64,000 nt of DNA from assembly GCA_963841435.1 (NCBI GenBank), contig CAWJCS010000003.1, forward strand, positions 1 to 64,000. The letters are read 5' to 3'. This document shows, in pieces, positions 28,182-38,210 of the stretch. Every line of letters starts with the position of its first letter. The first letter of the stretch is position 1. Made by a program: the position numbers and the translations under genes. The DNA is from an uncultured delta proteobacterium. GTDB lineage: Bacteria; Myxococcota_A; Polyangia; Polyangiales; Polyangiaceae. The notes under the pieces were generated by a model, which worked only from the letters and a program-made list of their open reading frames with translations, was not told where the DNA came from and made no database searches.

Positions 28182-29495
28182 TCAGGGTAAATCCTTGCGC
28201 GGCGACTCGTCGGCCTGGGCGCGCGCCATCTCGAAGCTCTTGACGTGCACGCTCGGCTTGCCGCGGAACGAGCGGGCGACGAGCGCCGGGTCCGCGAGCG
28301 TGTCGAGCGCGTACGAAAGGCCGTGGCAGGCGGTGCAGACGTTGCGCGCCATCTTGTCGCTGGGACGCAGGTTGTCGTTCTGGCCGTGACGCACGTGCGT
28401 TTCTCCCGCTTCGCTGATGCGCGGCAGGTGGCACGTGGCGCACGAAGCGCCGCTGCGGCCACCCGGGTCGGCGAGCCAAGGAGCGTCGTGCGGTGAGCCC
28501 CTGTAGGAGCGTGAGTGCTCGTCGTCGTGGCAGCCGAGGCAGGCCGTGACGGCGGCGCGCCGCGTGTCGAAGGCGTGCGCGCCATGACACGAGGTGCAAC
28601 CGAGCTTCTTTTCGTGGGCCGCGGGTTTCATGGGCAGCCGGGCCTCGGCGACCTTCATGGGCGGCAGGTCCGCGGCGATGCGCATGCCGTGCCGCCCGCT
28701 CTCGAAGCCCTGGCTCTCGCTGGCGTGGCACCTTTTGCACGTCGCGTCGGCGACCTCTTCGCTCGCCGAGCCGCCCTTCGGGGCGTGGCAGTCGGTGCAG
28801 TCGATGCCGGCGTGGGCATGAGCGCTCGCCGCCCAGGCGTCGAGCTCGCTGCTCGCGGGCTTCAGCGTCGCGGGCGCGTTGGCGTCGCGCTTGGAAAGCG
28901 CGGGGCGCTTCGACGGTGGGTGCACGCGCGCGGGGACCTTCGGCGCCGAAAGAAGCGGGGGCTCGCCATCGTGCCGCAGCAAGAAGTCGGTGTAGAGCGC
29001 GCGGTTGTCGTGGAAGTTGTGGCAGCCCGCGTCGCCGCACGTGAAAAAGTCGAGGCCGCGGTGGGTCGGGCGCTCCTCGCCGATCTTTTCGTGGCAGCGA
29101 TAGCAGTAGTCGCGCGGCAGCGAGAGGCCCATGACGCTCGTCGCCTCGGGCCGGTGCTCGCGGTGGCAGGTGATGCAGTAGCGGGCGTCGAGCACGGCCG
29201 TGCGGTCCGCATTGCGCGGATCGGTGAATTTTCGTTGGGGGTGGGAGTCTTCCGCTCGGGCGAGCTCGTCGCCGTGGCAGCGCACGCAGGCGGACTGAAG
29301 CTCCTCGCGGTCGGTGAAGCTTCCCGTGTGACAGAGCGTGCAATCCGATTCGATCTGGTAGTGCCCGTCGGTCGTGCGCCCCGGCAAGTAGATGGAGCGC
29401 GTCGAGCCCTTGAGCGAATAGAGCAAGAACCCAGTGGTGAGGATCACGACGAGCGCTCCGAAACGCTTGCTGAAAAGAAAGGCGGACGGTGACAC
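28182..29495 (-). CDS. Membrane-anchored multiheme cytochrome c (10 CxxCH + 1 CxxxxCH)
   Basis: CTLCH, CVRCH, CITCH, CYRCH, CGDAGCH, CTDCH, CKRCH, CTSCH, CLGCH, CATCH, CTACH; N-terminal TM. Confidence 0.92.
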   Translation of the reverse strand: MSPSAFLFSKRFGALVVILTTGFLLYSLKGSTRSIYLPGRTTDGHYQIESDCTLCHTGSFTDREELQSACVRCHGDELARAEDSHPQRKFTDPRNADRTAVLDARYCITCHREHRPEATSVMGLSLPRDYCYRCHEKIGEERPTHRGLDFFTCGDAGCHNFHDNRALYTDFLLRHDGEPPLLSAPKVPARVHPPSKRPALSKRDANAPATLKPASSELDAWAASAHAHAGIDCTDCHAPKGGSASEEVADATCKRCHASESQGFESGRHGMRIAADLPPMKVAEARLPMKPAAHEKKLGCTSCHGAHAFDTRRAAVTACLGCHDDEHSRSYRGSPHDAPWLADPGGRSGASCATCHLPRISEAGETHVRHGQNDNLRPSDKMARNVCTACHGLSYALDTLADPALVARSFRGKPSVHVKSFEMARAQADESPRKDLP

Positions 29496-29699
29496 TGTGC
29501 CTCCGGGTGGCGTCGGGCCTCGGACCCGCGCGAAGCGCGACCACGCGCGGGGGAGCGCGTGAAGTCGATGACCTGGGGATTCGTCGTTTTCGAGCTCATG
29601 TTCGCTTGGGCCATGGCATCGCGAAGGCGCACGTCGGGCGTGCGCGCTCTGCGACGGCCGATCGTTTCGCGGTCGTCTCTGGAGCGTGGCTAACGAGGA

Positions 29700-31778
29700 T
29701 CAGTAAAAGTAGGTCTTGAGAACGTGAAAGGCGACGAGGGGAACGAACAACCAGAAGGCGACGTCGTGCGTATGCTTCACGAAGCGTGAGAACACTCCGA
29801 CGACCGACGACGGCGTGCCCGCGACGGGCGGCGGCGGGGCGAGGCCGCTCGCGGCGCCGGTGAGCGCGCCGGCGAGCACGACGAGCGCGAGCACGAGGTT
29901 GAGGTTTTCGCCGAGGCGCAGGCCCGTGTGCACGAAGAGGGCGACGAGCGCGCCCATGCCGAGCAGCGTGTGGACGCTGCGAAAGCTCGCGTAGCTGCCG
30001 AGCTTGAAGCGCTCGATGCGCTTGCGCAGCGAGAGAGATAGGCCGATGACGATCGCGCCGAGCGTGGCGTAGCCGGTGATCTGCTTGACGGTGGGGTCCG
30101 TCCAGGCGGCCTGGAACGTCCAGGCGCGCAGGCTCGCGGGCAGCGGAATGCGAGGCACGAGCAGCGTCACGATCGTGAACAGGAGGGCCAGCACGGAAGC
30201 CACCGCGACCGACCGACCGCGTGGGGCGGGCACGGCTGCCGAGCCGTCGCCCGCGAGCTCGGCGAGCAGCGGCCGGCAGCTCCCGCACAGTGTTCCCGCC
30301 GAGGTCGCGCGCCCGAGCGCCTCGACGTTCACGGCGCCACCGACGACGGCGCGCGTGAGCGCCCCGCGCGACACGTTGGCGCACTGGCAGACGACGGCCG
30401 CCTCGGGCCACGCGAGCACCGAGAGCGACACGCGCACCGCGTCGCCGAGCGTGCCCTCCTTCTCGAAGGATTCGAGGGTACGCCCTGGACAGCGTCGCCC
30501 CTCGGTGACGAGACGCTGCAAGCCGGGCAGCTCGTTCCACGTGCCGATCACGATGGCGGCGACGACGCGCCGCCCCGCGACGAGCAGCCGGCGATAGACG
30601 CCGGGCGCACGGAAAACGACCTCGCGGTCGCGCGGGCAGTCGGCGGGGCTGCCGAGCACCGTCACCTCGGTGAGGTCGAGCTTGAGGCGCGTGACGGCCT
30701 CCTGGGCGTCGAGCGCAGCGCGACGGCCCGCGAGCAGCGAGGCGAGCACGTCGGCCATGGCGTAGCCGGGCGCGACGAGCCCGTGGGGCACGCCCGCGTG
30801 GCTCGCGCACTCGCCGACGGCGTGGATGCGCGCGTCCGAGGAGCGCATCCGGCCGTCGACCTCGACCCCCCCGCGCGGACGGCAGCGCAGACCCGCTTCG
30901 CGCGCGAGGTCGTCGGCGGGGCGCGCCCCCGCTGCCGCGACGACGGCTGCCGCGTCGAGCACCGAACCGTCGTCGAGCTCGAGGCGCACGCCGCCTGCGC
31001 CCCGGCCGATGCGCACGACTCGGGAGCGGAGCCGCACGGAGAGCCCCGCGCTCTCGAGCGTGCCCTGGAGCACGGCGGCAGCCTCGGGATCGAGTTGGCG
31101 CGGCAAGAGCTGGGAGGCCGTTTCGAGCACGACCACCGAAAGACCGAGGAGCTCGAGCGTGCGCGCCGCCTCGATGCCCAAGAGGCCCGCGCCGATGACG
31201 ACGATGGGATGCTCGGCCCCGTGGCAGGAGCTAAGCTCCGAGAGAATGCGCTCGGCGTCCGCGAGCGTGCGGTACGCGAGCAGCTCGACGCCGTCCTCGA
31301 CGGGAAGCGGCGGCACGACGGCGCGCGACCCCGTGGCGAGGACGAGCCGGTCGTACTCGAGCGCGCGGCCCGATGCCGTGTGCACCTTGCGCGCGTCGCG
31401 ATCGATGCGGTGCGCCGCGTCGCCCAGCAAGAGCTCGATACCGTGCTCGAGGTACCACTCGGGCGCACGCAGCAAGAGCTCGGCGCTCGGGCGCCCCTTG
31501 AGCACGTCGGTGAGGTGCACGCGATCGTACGCCTGCGTGGGCTCCTCGCCGATCACGGCGAGCTCGAGGCGGCGCGACAGGCCGCGCTCGACGAGCCGCT
31601 CGCAAAGGCGCTGGCCCACCATGCCGTTACCGACGATCACGAGCCGCTCGCGCGGCTTCGCGGCCCGGGCCGATGCCTCGAGGGGTGACGGCCTGCGCGT
31701 GCGCCGCACGAGCCCGGGCAGGTGCTCGAGCAGGTCCAGGACGGGCGACCCGCTCGCAACGCTCACCCAATCACCCAC
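29700..31778 (-). CDS. NirB/NasB-like FAD/NAD(P)H oxidoreductase + BFD [2Fe-2S] + C-terminal His-bearing membrane domain
   Basis: GNGMVG and GAGLLG Rossmann motifs, CQC...CGSC, ~5 TM helices with four His; no siroheme domain. Confidence 0.88.
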   Translation of the reverse strand: MGDWVSVASGSPVLDLLEHLPGLVRRTRRPSPLEASARAAKPRERLVIVGNGMVGQRLCERLVERGLSRRLELAVIGEEPTQAYDRVHLTDVLKGRPSAELLLRAPEWYLEHGIELLLGDAAHRIDRDARKVHTASGRALEYDRLVLATGSRAVVPPLPVEDGVELLAYRTLADAERILSELSSCHGAEHPIVVIGAGLLGIEAARTLELLGLSVVVLETASQLLPRQLDPEAAAVLQGTLESAGLSVRLRSRVVRIGRGAGGVRLELDDGSVLDAAAVVAAAGARPADDLAREAGLRCRPRGGVEVDGRMRSSDARIHAVGECASHAGVPHGLVAPGYAMADVLASLLAGRRAALDAQEAVTRLKLDLTEVTVLGSPADCPRDREVVFRAPGVYRRLLVAGRRVVAAIVIGTWNELPGLQRLVTEGRRCPGRTLESFEKEGTLGDAVRVSLSVLAWPEAAVVCQCANVSRGALTRAVVGGAVNVEALGRATSAGTLCGSCRPLLAELAGDGSAAVPAPRGRSVAVASVLALLFTIVTLLVPRIPLPASLRAWTFQAAWTDPTVKQITGYATLGAIVIGLSLSLRKRIERFKLGSYASFRSVHTLLGMGALVALFVHTGLRLGENLNLVLALVVLAGALTGAASGLAPPPPVAGTPSSVVGVFSRFVKHTHDVAFWLFVPLVAFHVLKTYFY

Positions 31779-31784
31779 ATCCGC

Positions 31785-33491
31785 TCAAGCCGCCGCCTTC
31801 CGGCCGGCGCCCTCGGGCTCCTGCGCTTCGAGAAACCCGATGAGCTCCTCGCGAAGCTCGTAGTACGACGGGTGCTCGAGCACCTCCACGCGCTTGCGCG
31901 GCCGCGGCAGGTCGACGCGCACGATGCCGCCCACGCGAGCGCGCGGGCCCGTCGTCATCATCACGACGCGATCGGCGACGAGCAGCGCCTCGTCGACGTC
32001 GTGCGTCACCATCAGCGCCGTCGTCTGCTCGCGCTCGACGACGCCGAGCAGCACGTCTTGAAGCTCCATACGCGTCAGCGAGTCGAGCATGCCGAACGGC
32101 TCGTCGAGCAGCAGCATCTTCGGAACGAGCGCGAGGGCCCGCGCGATCCCCACGCGCTGCTGCATCCCGCTCGACAGCTCCCCCGGCATGCGCGACAGCG
32201 CGTCGCCGAGGCCGACGGTTTCGAGGACACGCACGGCATGCGCGCGCCGCTTCTTCTTTTCGTCGGCCGCGAAGACGCAATCGACGCCCAAAGAGACGTT
32301 CTCGAGCGTCGCAAGCCAGGGGAGCAAGCAAGGCGACTGGAAGACCACGGCGCGATCGGGCCCGGGCTCCGTCACCTCGCGCCCGGCCACGATGATGGTG
32401 CCGCCCGACGACTGGCTCAGGCCCGCGAGCATGCCGAGCACCGTCAACTTGCCGCAACCCGAGTGGCCGATGAGCGCGACGAACTCGCCCTTCTTCATGG
32501 TGAGGTTGAAGTCCTCGACAATCACGGCGGGGCCGTTCGGCGTCGGGAACTCCTTTTTTACCTCGTGCAGCTCGACGTAGGCGCTCATGCCGGTGCTCCC
32601 TTCATCGTGGGCCCGACGGCTCCCGACGCGGGCACGGCGGGCTACGACGGCTTCGGGCGCGGCCTCGCCGTCGGGGATCGACTCGGCACGCGGCGGGCCG
32701 GCTTTCGCCGAGGCCGCCTTCTCGCGCAACTCGCTCAGGTACGTGAGGATGTCGTTGCGCAACCGCTTGAAGGTAGCGTCGTGGTTGAGCGCCCGCTTGT
32801 CGCGGGGCCGCGGGATCGTCACCTCGAAGGATGGCCCGAACGTGGCGTTCGGCCCGGGCGTCAGCGGCACGATTCGGTCGGCGAGCAGCAGGCCCTCGTC
32901 GACGTCGTTGGTGACCATGACGACGGTCTTCTGCTGCTCTGCCCAGATGCGCTCGATCTCGCTCTGGAGCGACGAGCGCGTGAGCGCGTCGAGCGCCGAG
33001 AGTGGCTCGTCGAGCAGCAGCACCTCGGGATTCATCGCGAGCGCTCGCGCGACGGCAACGCGCTGGCGCATACCGCCCGAGAGCTCCTTCGGCTTCTTGT
33101 GCGGCGCGTGCCCGAGATTGACGAGGTCGAGGTGCTTGAGGACGTGCTCGCGCCGCTTTTTGGCCGTCCAGTCGGGAAAGACGCGATCGACGGCAAGCGC
33201 GATGTTTTGGTACGCGCTGAGCCAGGGCAAAAGCGAGTAGTTCTGGAACACCACGCCGCGCTCGGGGCCCGGACCCTGGATTGGCTTGCCGCGCAGCAGG
33301 ACGCGTCCCGAGTCGGGCGAGAGCAGACCCGCGATGAGCGAGATGAGGGTCGTTTTGCCGCTGCCCGAGAAGCCGAGGATGCACACGAACTCGCGCTCCT
33401 CGAGGCTGAGGTTCACGTCGTGAAGGACGCGAACCGTCTTCTTGCCGGCTCGAAAGCCCTTGGAGACGCCGGATAGCTCGAGAAAGCTCAT
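31785..33491 (-). CDS. nrtCD: Nitrate ABC transporter ATPases NrtC/NrtD (two domains in one ORF; possibly two genes)
   Basis: [19 protein letters not shown], then [20 protein letters not shown]; internal RBS and ATG at ~32588. Confidence 0.85.
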   Translation of the reverse strand: MSFLELSGVSKGFRAGKKTVRVLHDVNLSLEEREFVCILGFSGSGKTTLISLIAGLLSPDSGRVLLRGKPIQGPGPERGVVFQNYSLLPWLSAYQNIALAVDRVFPDWTAKKRREHVLKHLDLVNLGHAPHKKPKELSGGMRQRVAVARALAMNPEVLLLDEPLSALDALTRSSLQSEIERIWAEQQKTVVMVTNDVDEGLLLADRIVPLTPGPNATFGPSFEVTIPRPRDKRALNHDATFKRLRNDILTYLSELREKAASAKAGPPRAESIPDGEAAPEAVVARRARVGSRRAHDEGSTGMSAYVELHEVKKEFPTPNGPAVIVEDFNLTMKKGEFVALIGHSGCGKLTVLGMLAGLSQSSGGTIIVAGREVTEPGPDRAVVFQSPCLLPWLATLENVSLGVDCVFAADEKKKRRAHAVRVLETVGLGDALSRMPGELSSGMQQRVGIARALALVPKMLLLDEPFGMLDSLTRMELQDVLLGVVEREQTTALMVTHDVDEALLVADRVVMMTTGPRARVGGIVRVDLPRPRKRVEVLEHPSYYELREELIGFLEAQEPEGAGRKAAA

Positions 33492-33501
33492 GCCTTCGCC
33501 G

Positions 33502-34593
33502 TCACGCCTGGGCGCCCTGGTAGCTCACCATGTGCTCTAGCATCACCATGATGCGGTCGAGCGCGTAGCCGATGACGCCGATCGTGAAGACCGCCACCAT
33601 GATCGCCGAGAGCGTCTGACTGCTCCCGTTCTGGAACATGTCCCAGACGAACTTTCCGAGCCCGGGATTCTGCGCGAGCATCTCGGCGGCGATCAGCACC
33701 ATCCAGCCCACGCCGAGCGAGATGCGAAGCCCCGCGAAGATGTACGGCAAGGACGACGGGATCACGATCTTCCTGACGCGCGTGCTCCACGGAAGGTTCA
33801 GCACGCGCGCGACGTTCATGTGGTCCTTGTCGATCGACGTGACGCCGATGGCGGTGTTCACGAGCGTGGGCCAGAGCGAGCAGAGCGCCACCGTGAGCGC
33901 CGAGCTGATGAACGACTTTTCGAACCAGGCCTTTTCGGGGTCGGTGGTGTAGAGCGCCCCCACGGTGATCATCACGATCGGCAGCCAGGCAAGCGGCGAA
34001 ACGGGCTTGAAAAGCTGAACCATGGGATTGACGGCGGCGCTGAAGACCTTGCTCATGCCGCACAGAATGCCGATCGGGATGGCAATCAGGCTCGCAACGA
34101 GGAAGCCCGCGAACACGGTCTTCAGGCTCGTGAAGATCTGGTCGACGTAGGTGGGGCTCGCGGCGAAGCCACGGTGAGCGACCTTTTCGGCTCGCTCGTC
34201 GAAGTGCTTGGCGCGCTCGAGCAGCGCCGCGCGCGCGGAGCCCGACGCTTGCGCGGCTTTGGCACGAGCGATCGCGGCGTAGTGCTCTTCTTTCGCGGCA
34301 TCCTGCGCGCGCTCTTCGAAGAAGCGCTGCTCGGCGAGCCGCGTCTTCTGGTGGTCGGCGAGCAGGACGCCGCCCTCCTTCACGACGTCGGCAGGCGTCG
34401 GCAGGGTGCCGTACTTGGTGACGATCTTGTGCGAAGCCAGCGACCAGACGCCCAGAAACATCGCGAACGCGACCGACGGAATCACGAGACCCACGAGCTT
34501 TTGGCGAAGCCCTTCGAGCGCGCGCTCGCCCACGAGCTTGAGCTTCGGGAGCAGCGCCGCTGCCCCGGAAAGGGCCTGTTCGGGTGTCGTCAC
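33502..34593 (-). CDS. nrtB: Nitrate ABC transporter permease NrtB
   Basis: [39 protein letters not shown] start with RBS aaggag. Confidence 0.9.
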   Translation of the reverse strand: MTTPEQALSGAAALLPKLKLVGERALEGLRQKLVGLVIPSVAFAMFLGVWSLASHKIVTKYGTLPTPADVVKEGGVLLADHQKTRLAEQRFFEERAQDAAKEEHYAAIARAKAAQASGSARAALLERAKHFDERAEKVAHRGFAASPTYVDQIFTSLKTVFAGFLVASLIAIPIGILCGMSKVFSAAVNPMVQLFKPVSPLAWLPIVMITVGALYTTDPEKAWFEKSFISSALTVALCSLWPTLVNTAIGVTSIDKDHMNVARVLNLPWSTRVRKIVIPSSLPYIFAGLRISLGVGWMVLIAAEMLAQNPGLGKFVWDMFQNGSSQTLSAIMVAVFTIGVIGYALDRIMVMLEHMVSYQGAQA

Positions 34594-34612
34594 TAGCGTT
34601 CTCCTTGTCGAT

Positions 34613-36044
34613 TCATGCGTCGTCCTTGAGGCCGATCTTGAACCCCTCGATGTATTCGAGAGGTTTCCGGCCGTCGTAGCGTCATGCCGTCGATGAACTC
34701 GGACGTCGCCGGCTTGTACCCGTCCGTTTCCCACGGCACCTCTTCGCGCTCGAGGTGGCCGTCCTCGACGAGCGCCGTGGCCGCCTCGCGATACACGTCC
34801 GGCAGGTAGACCTTCTTCGCCGTCTCGTGATAGAATGAATCCGGCTCTGCGCTGGCGATTTGCCCCCAGCGGCGCATCTGCGTCAGGAACCAGATCGCGT
34901 CGCTGTAGTACGGGTAAGTGCAGAAGTAGCGGAAGAACACGTTGAAGTCGGGCATGTCGCGCTTGTCGCTCTTCTGGAAATAGAAGTAGCCCGTCATGCT
35001 GTTCTTGATGACCTCCTCGTCCGCACCCACGTAGCTCTTGTTGGAAAGGATCTTGGAGGCCTCGTGCCGGTTCTCCATGCTCTCGTCGAGCCATTTTCCG
35101 GCGCGAATCAGCGCTTTCACGAGCGCCACGTGCGTCTTCTTGTTCTTCTCGGCGAAGGCGCGGCTCACGCCGAACACCTTCTCCTGCTTGTTCTTGTAAA
35201 TCTCGATGTTGGTGACGACCGGCACGCCGATGCCCTTGGCCACGGCCTGCTGGTTCCAGGGCTCGCCCACGCAATAGCCCTGGATCGTCCCCGCCTCGAG
35301 CGTCGCGGGCATCTGCGGCGGCGGCGTCACCGAAAGCTCGACGTCTGCCTTGTCGACGCCGCGCGTGTCGGTGGCAGTGTAAAAGCCCGGGTTGATACCC
35401 GCCGCAGCGAGCCAGTAGCGGATCTCGTAGTTGTGGGTGGAGACGGGGAACACCATTCCCATGCGAAGCGGCGTGCCCTTCGCCTTGAACTCCTTGACGA
35501 CGGGCACGAGTGCCGCGGCGCTGATGGGATGCGGCGGCGTCGGGCTCCTGAGCCTGGGGTTGACCGCCTGCATCTTCTTCCAGATCGCGTTCGAGACGGT
35601 GATGCCGTTGCCGTTCACGTCCATCGTGAAGGCCGTCACGACGTCGGCCTTGGTGCCGATACCGATGGTCGCGCCGAGGGGCTGACCGGCGAGCATGTGC
35701 GCGCCGTCGAGCTCGCCCGCGATCACGCGATCGAGCAGGATCTTCCAGTTCGCCTGCGCTTCGACCTCGACGTTGAGGCCCTCCTCTTTGAAGAAGCCCT
35801 TCTCCTTGGCGATGATGATCGGGGCACAGTCCGTCAGCTTGATGAAGCCGAGCTTGAGGTCGGGTTTCTCGAGCTCGTTGCCTGGTAGGGCCATGGCGGC
35901 GAGGTCCGCGGAGCTCGACGGAACGGCGTCGACCTTCGGCGCCTCCTTCTTGCTGCAGGCAATGGCCGCCGCGCCGAGCGCCAGGCCGCCGAGCTGGCGG
36001 CGCGTCATGCGCGCGGTCTCGGGTGCTTCGTCGGACCTTTTCAT
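34613..36044 (-). CDS. nrtA: CmpA/NrtA-family substrate-binding lipoprotein (Tat-like TRRQL); +1 frameshift near 34680
   Basis: [34 protein letters not shown]. Removing one base restores [22 protein letters not shown], with stop at 34613. Confidence 0.92.
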
Positions 36045-36140
36045 GATGACTCCAGAGGGGGAAGCACGGAACGATCATCGAGATGCGTCGCCGCACGATC
36101 AAGGGCGAAGGGGGTGGATCGTAGAGCGCCGCTCGTTGTC

Positions 36141-36167
36141 GGCACGTTTCCGAAACGTTGACGAATC
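36141..36167. promoter_or_regulatory. Candidate regulator site upstream of nrtA: GGCAC-n6-GAAAC-n6-GAATC
   Basis: 11-bp periodic pentamers; core gtttccgaaacg also occurs at 38026-38037. Confidence 0.4.
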
Positions 36168-36305
36168 ACCGGGCGTCGTATCGAAACAGTATCGAGCCGA
36201 CGCGGCGCCGTCGTGAAACATCGCGACGCGGCGAGCCGGCTCCCGAAACGTCGCCCACCCTCTCGGGTGAGCTGTGCGTCGATCACGCGCGCCTCACGGC
36301 ATGGG

Positions 36306-37909
36306 TCACTTGAGCTCATAGCCGAACTGCAGCTCGAAGAAGTGCAAGGGATCGCCAGCGGCGCCCTTGTCGGGTGACTTCGGAGTCCAGAAATCCTCGT
36401 TCGGCAGGAACACGCCGTAGAGCCCGCGGAGCGAGAAGCCCTTGCCGATGGCGTAGGCGACGTTGAAATCGATCTCCTCGCCGACCGCGCCGTGCTTGTG
36501 GTCCGCGCCGCGCTTGGGACGCGCGAAGTAGTGGCCGTCGAGCAGGAAGGTGACGGGCTCGATGGCGTATTTCACGTGCAGGACGCCGCTCAGCACGTTG
36601 GTGCGCGGCCCCATCACGTCCATCAAGCCGAGCCACTTGTGCGAGGTGGGGTAAAGCTCGTCGTAGCCTTCGTCCTCGTCGAGCGTGTTCACGTCGTCGC
36701 CCGAGGCGACGAGCCCCTCGAGCCCCACGCGAAAGCCGGCTGCCGGGAGCACGCCGATCTCGCCGTCTAGCTGGTACGCCGTCTTGCTCTTGGTGTCGGG
36801 TCGCGGCACCAAAAACGTCGGAGCGATCGGCTTCTTACCGAACTGGAAGCCGGCCTCGGCGCGATAGTCGACGATGGCGGCCTTGCCCTTGACGCGCGCG
36901 CCGAGCGTCGCCTCGGTCGCGGACTTCTGACGGCCGAGCGCGGTGCTCGTCGGGTCCATCGGATCGGCGACGACGACCTTGCTGTTCTTCTCGGGCGTGA
37001 GGAACAGGGCGTAGACGTCGAGGTCGTAGTCCTTCGCGACGAGCGGCCCGAGACCCGCGTAAACGCCGTAGAAATACGTATCGCCCGCGACGGGTTTCTG
37101 GGTGACCGAGCGCCCTTCGACGATGATCGAGCCGAACGCGTCGATGTAAAATGGCGTCTCGCTCGGCGTGAGGTGGAGGCGTGCGCCGTTGAAGGCGCGC
37201 GCCGCTTCGTTCCAGCCAAGATCGCCGATCACGAGCGCGTCGCCGTAGTTCATGGAAAAGCGTCCGGCATCGACGCGGTAGTGGTCGCTGCCGACGCTCG
37301 CATAACCCTCGTAGAGTTGGATCGGAGGGCTGTCGCTCACGGTCGGCGCCGCGCCGGCGTTCTCGCCCCACGTGTAGGCCGCCTGCGGCGCGACCGTCGC
37401 CGACACCGAGACGCCGTCGCCCACGTCGACGGGCGTCGTCTTCACGGTGAGACGCGCACGCGAGACGACGTAGTCGCCTTCGCGGTGCAGGCGCGGATGC
37501 GTGAGGCCGTGCTCCTGGTAGTTGTCACGCAGCTCGTAGCGGCTCCAGATCGATGCGCCGAGCTTGAACGGCCCCTCGGGGGGCGCTTCCGCGGCCGGGG
37601 CGGGCACAGCAGGCGCCGCAGCCGGAAGAGCGGGCTCCGGGGCGGCGGGTGCTTCTGGCGGCATGGCCGCGGGCGGCGGCGCTGGCTCCGCGACCAGAGC
37701 GGGCACGGCGGGGGTAGTGCCAGCAGCGGCCGGCGGCTCGGCCGCTGGCGGCGGCGCCGCGGGTGCCGCGGGCGCGGAGCCGGTGCCACCGTCGGAGGCG
37801 CCGCGGGAGCGGCCGGGACGGTCGGTGTCTGCGCGCCCGCAGCGCGCGCCGAGAGCACCAACGACAACAGCCCCTCGGCAACCACGATCGAGCGATGAAT
37901 TGGAAGCAA
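36306..37909 (-). CDS. Alginate-export-family outer-membrane porin; frameshift near 37776 in the Pro/Ala linker
   Basis: RYE, GRF...YGDALVIG..GWN...RAFNG, ASGDD, LYPTSHKWLGLMD. The signal peptide (TTG at 37909, RBS ggagg) lies in an adjacent frame. Confidence 0.85.
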
Positions 37910-38025
37910 CGAAGTTCCTCCAGGCGAGAAAGCGAATGGCTTTCGAAGCTCACTGTCGCCCGTGCGAACACGCGCGAACAATCCCCTCGGGACCCGATCT
38001 CACCGTGATTTTGGGTTCTCGGCTT

Positions 38026-38037
38026 GTTTCCGAAACG
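38026..38037. promoter_or_regulatory. Second copy of gtttccgaaacg, upstream of the porin
   Basis: Identical 12-mer to 36146-36157, at a similar distance (~100-120 bp) from the start codon. Confidence 0.4.
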
Positions 38038-38210
38038 ATCGCGCAATGCGCGTCGTCGAATCGAAACTCACTCCCCGGGGTGGATACGGCGGAGACACGT
38101 TCGTCGCCCTCCGTGCTCGCGCGAAACGTACGTCGATTCGCGCCCCACCACCCGACGCGAGACGCGCTCCATGCGCCGCGGAGCGCGCATCGATCACGGG
38201 CGCGGATGGC

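Noticed and set aside
28182-29495. Calling the multiheme protein NrfA or HAO
   Set aside because: No CxxCK motif, and the heme count and spacing do not fit NrfA (5) or HAO/ONR (8).
27541-29544. 667-aa ORF fusing upstream sequence to DUF3365
   Set aside because: Off-frame overlap with the multiheme gene; the real start is ATG 28137 with an RBS and lipobox.
33502-36102. 866-aa ORF as an NrtA-NrtB fusion
   Set aside because: The upstream part is an off-frame reading of nrtA; nrtB starts at GTG 34593 with its own RBS.
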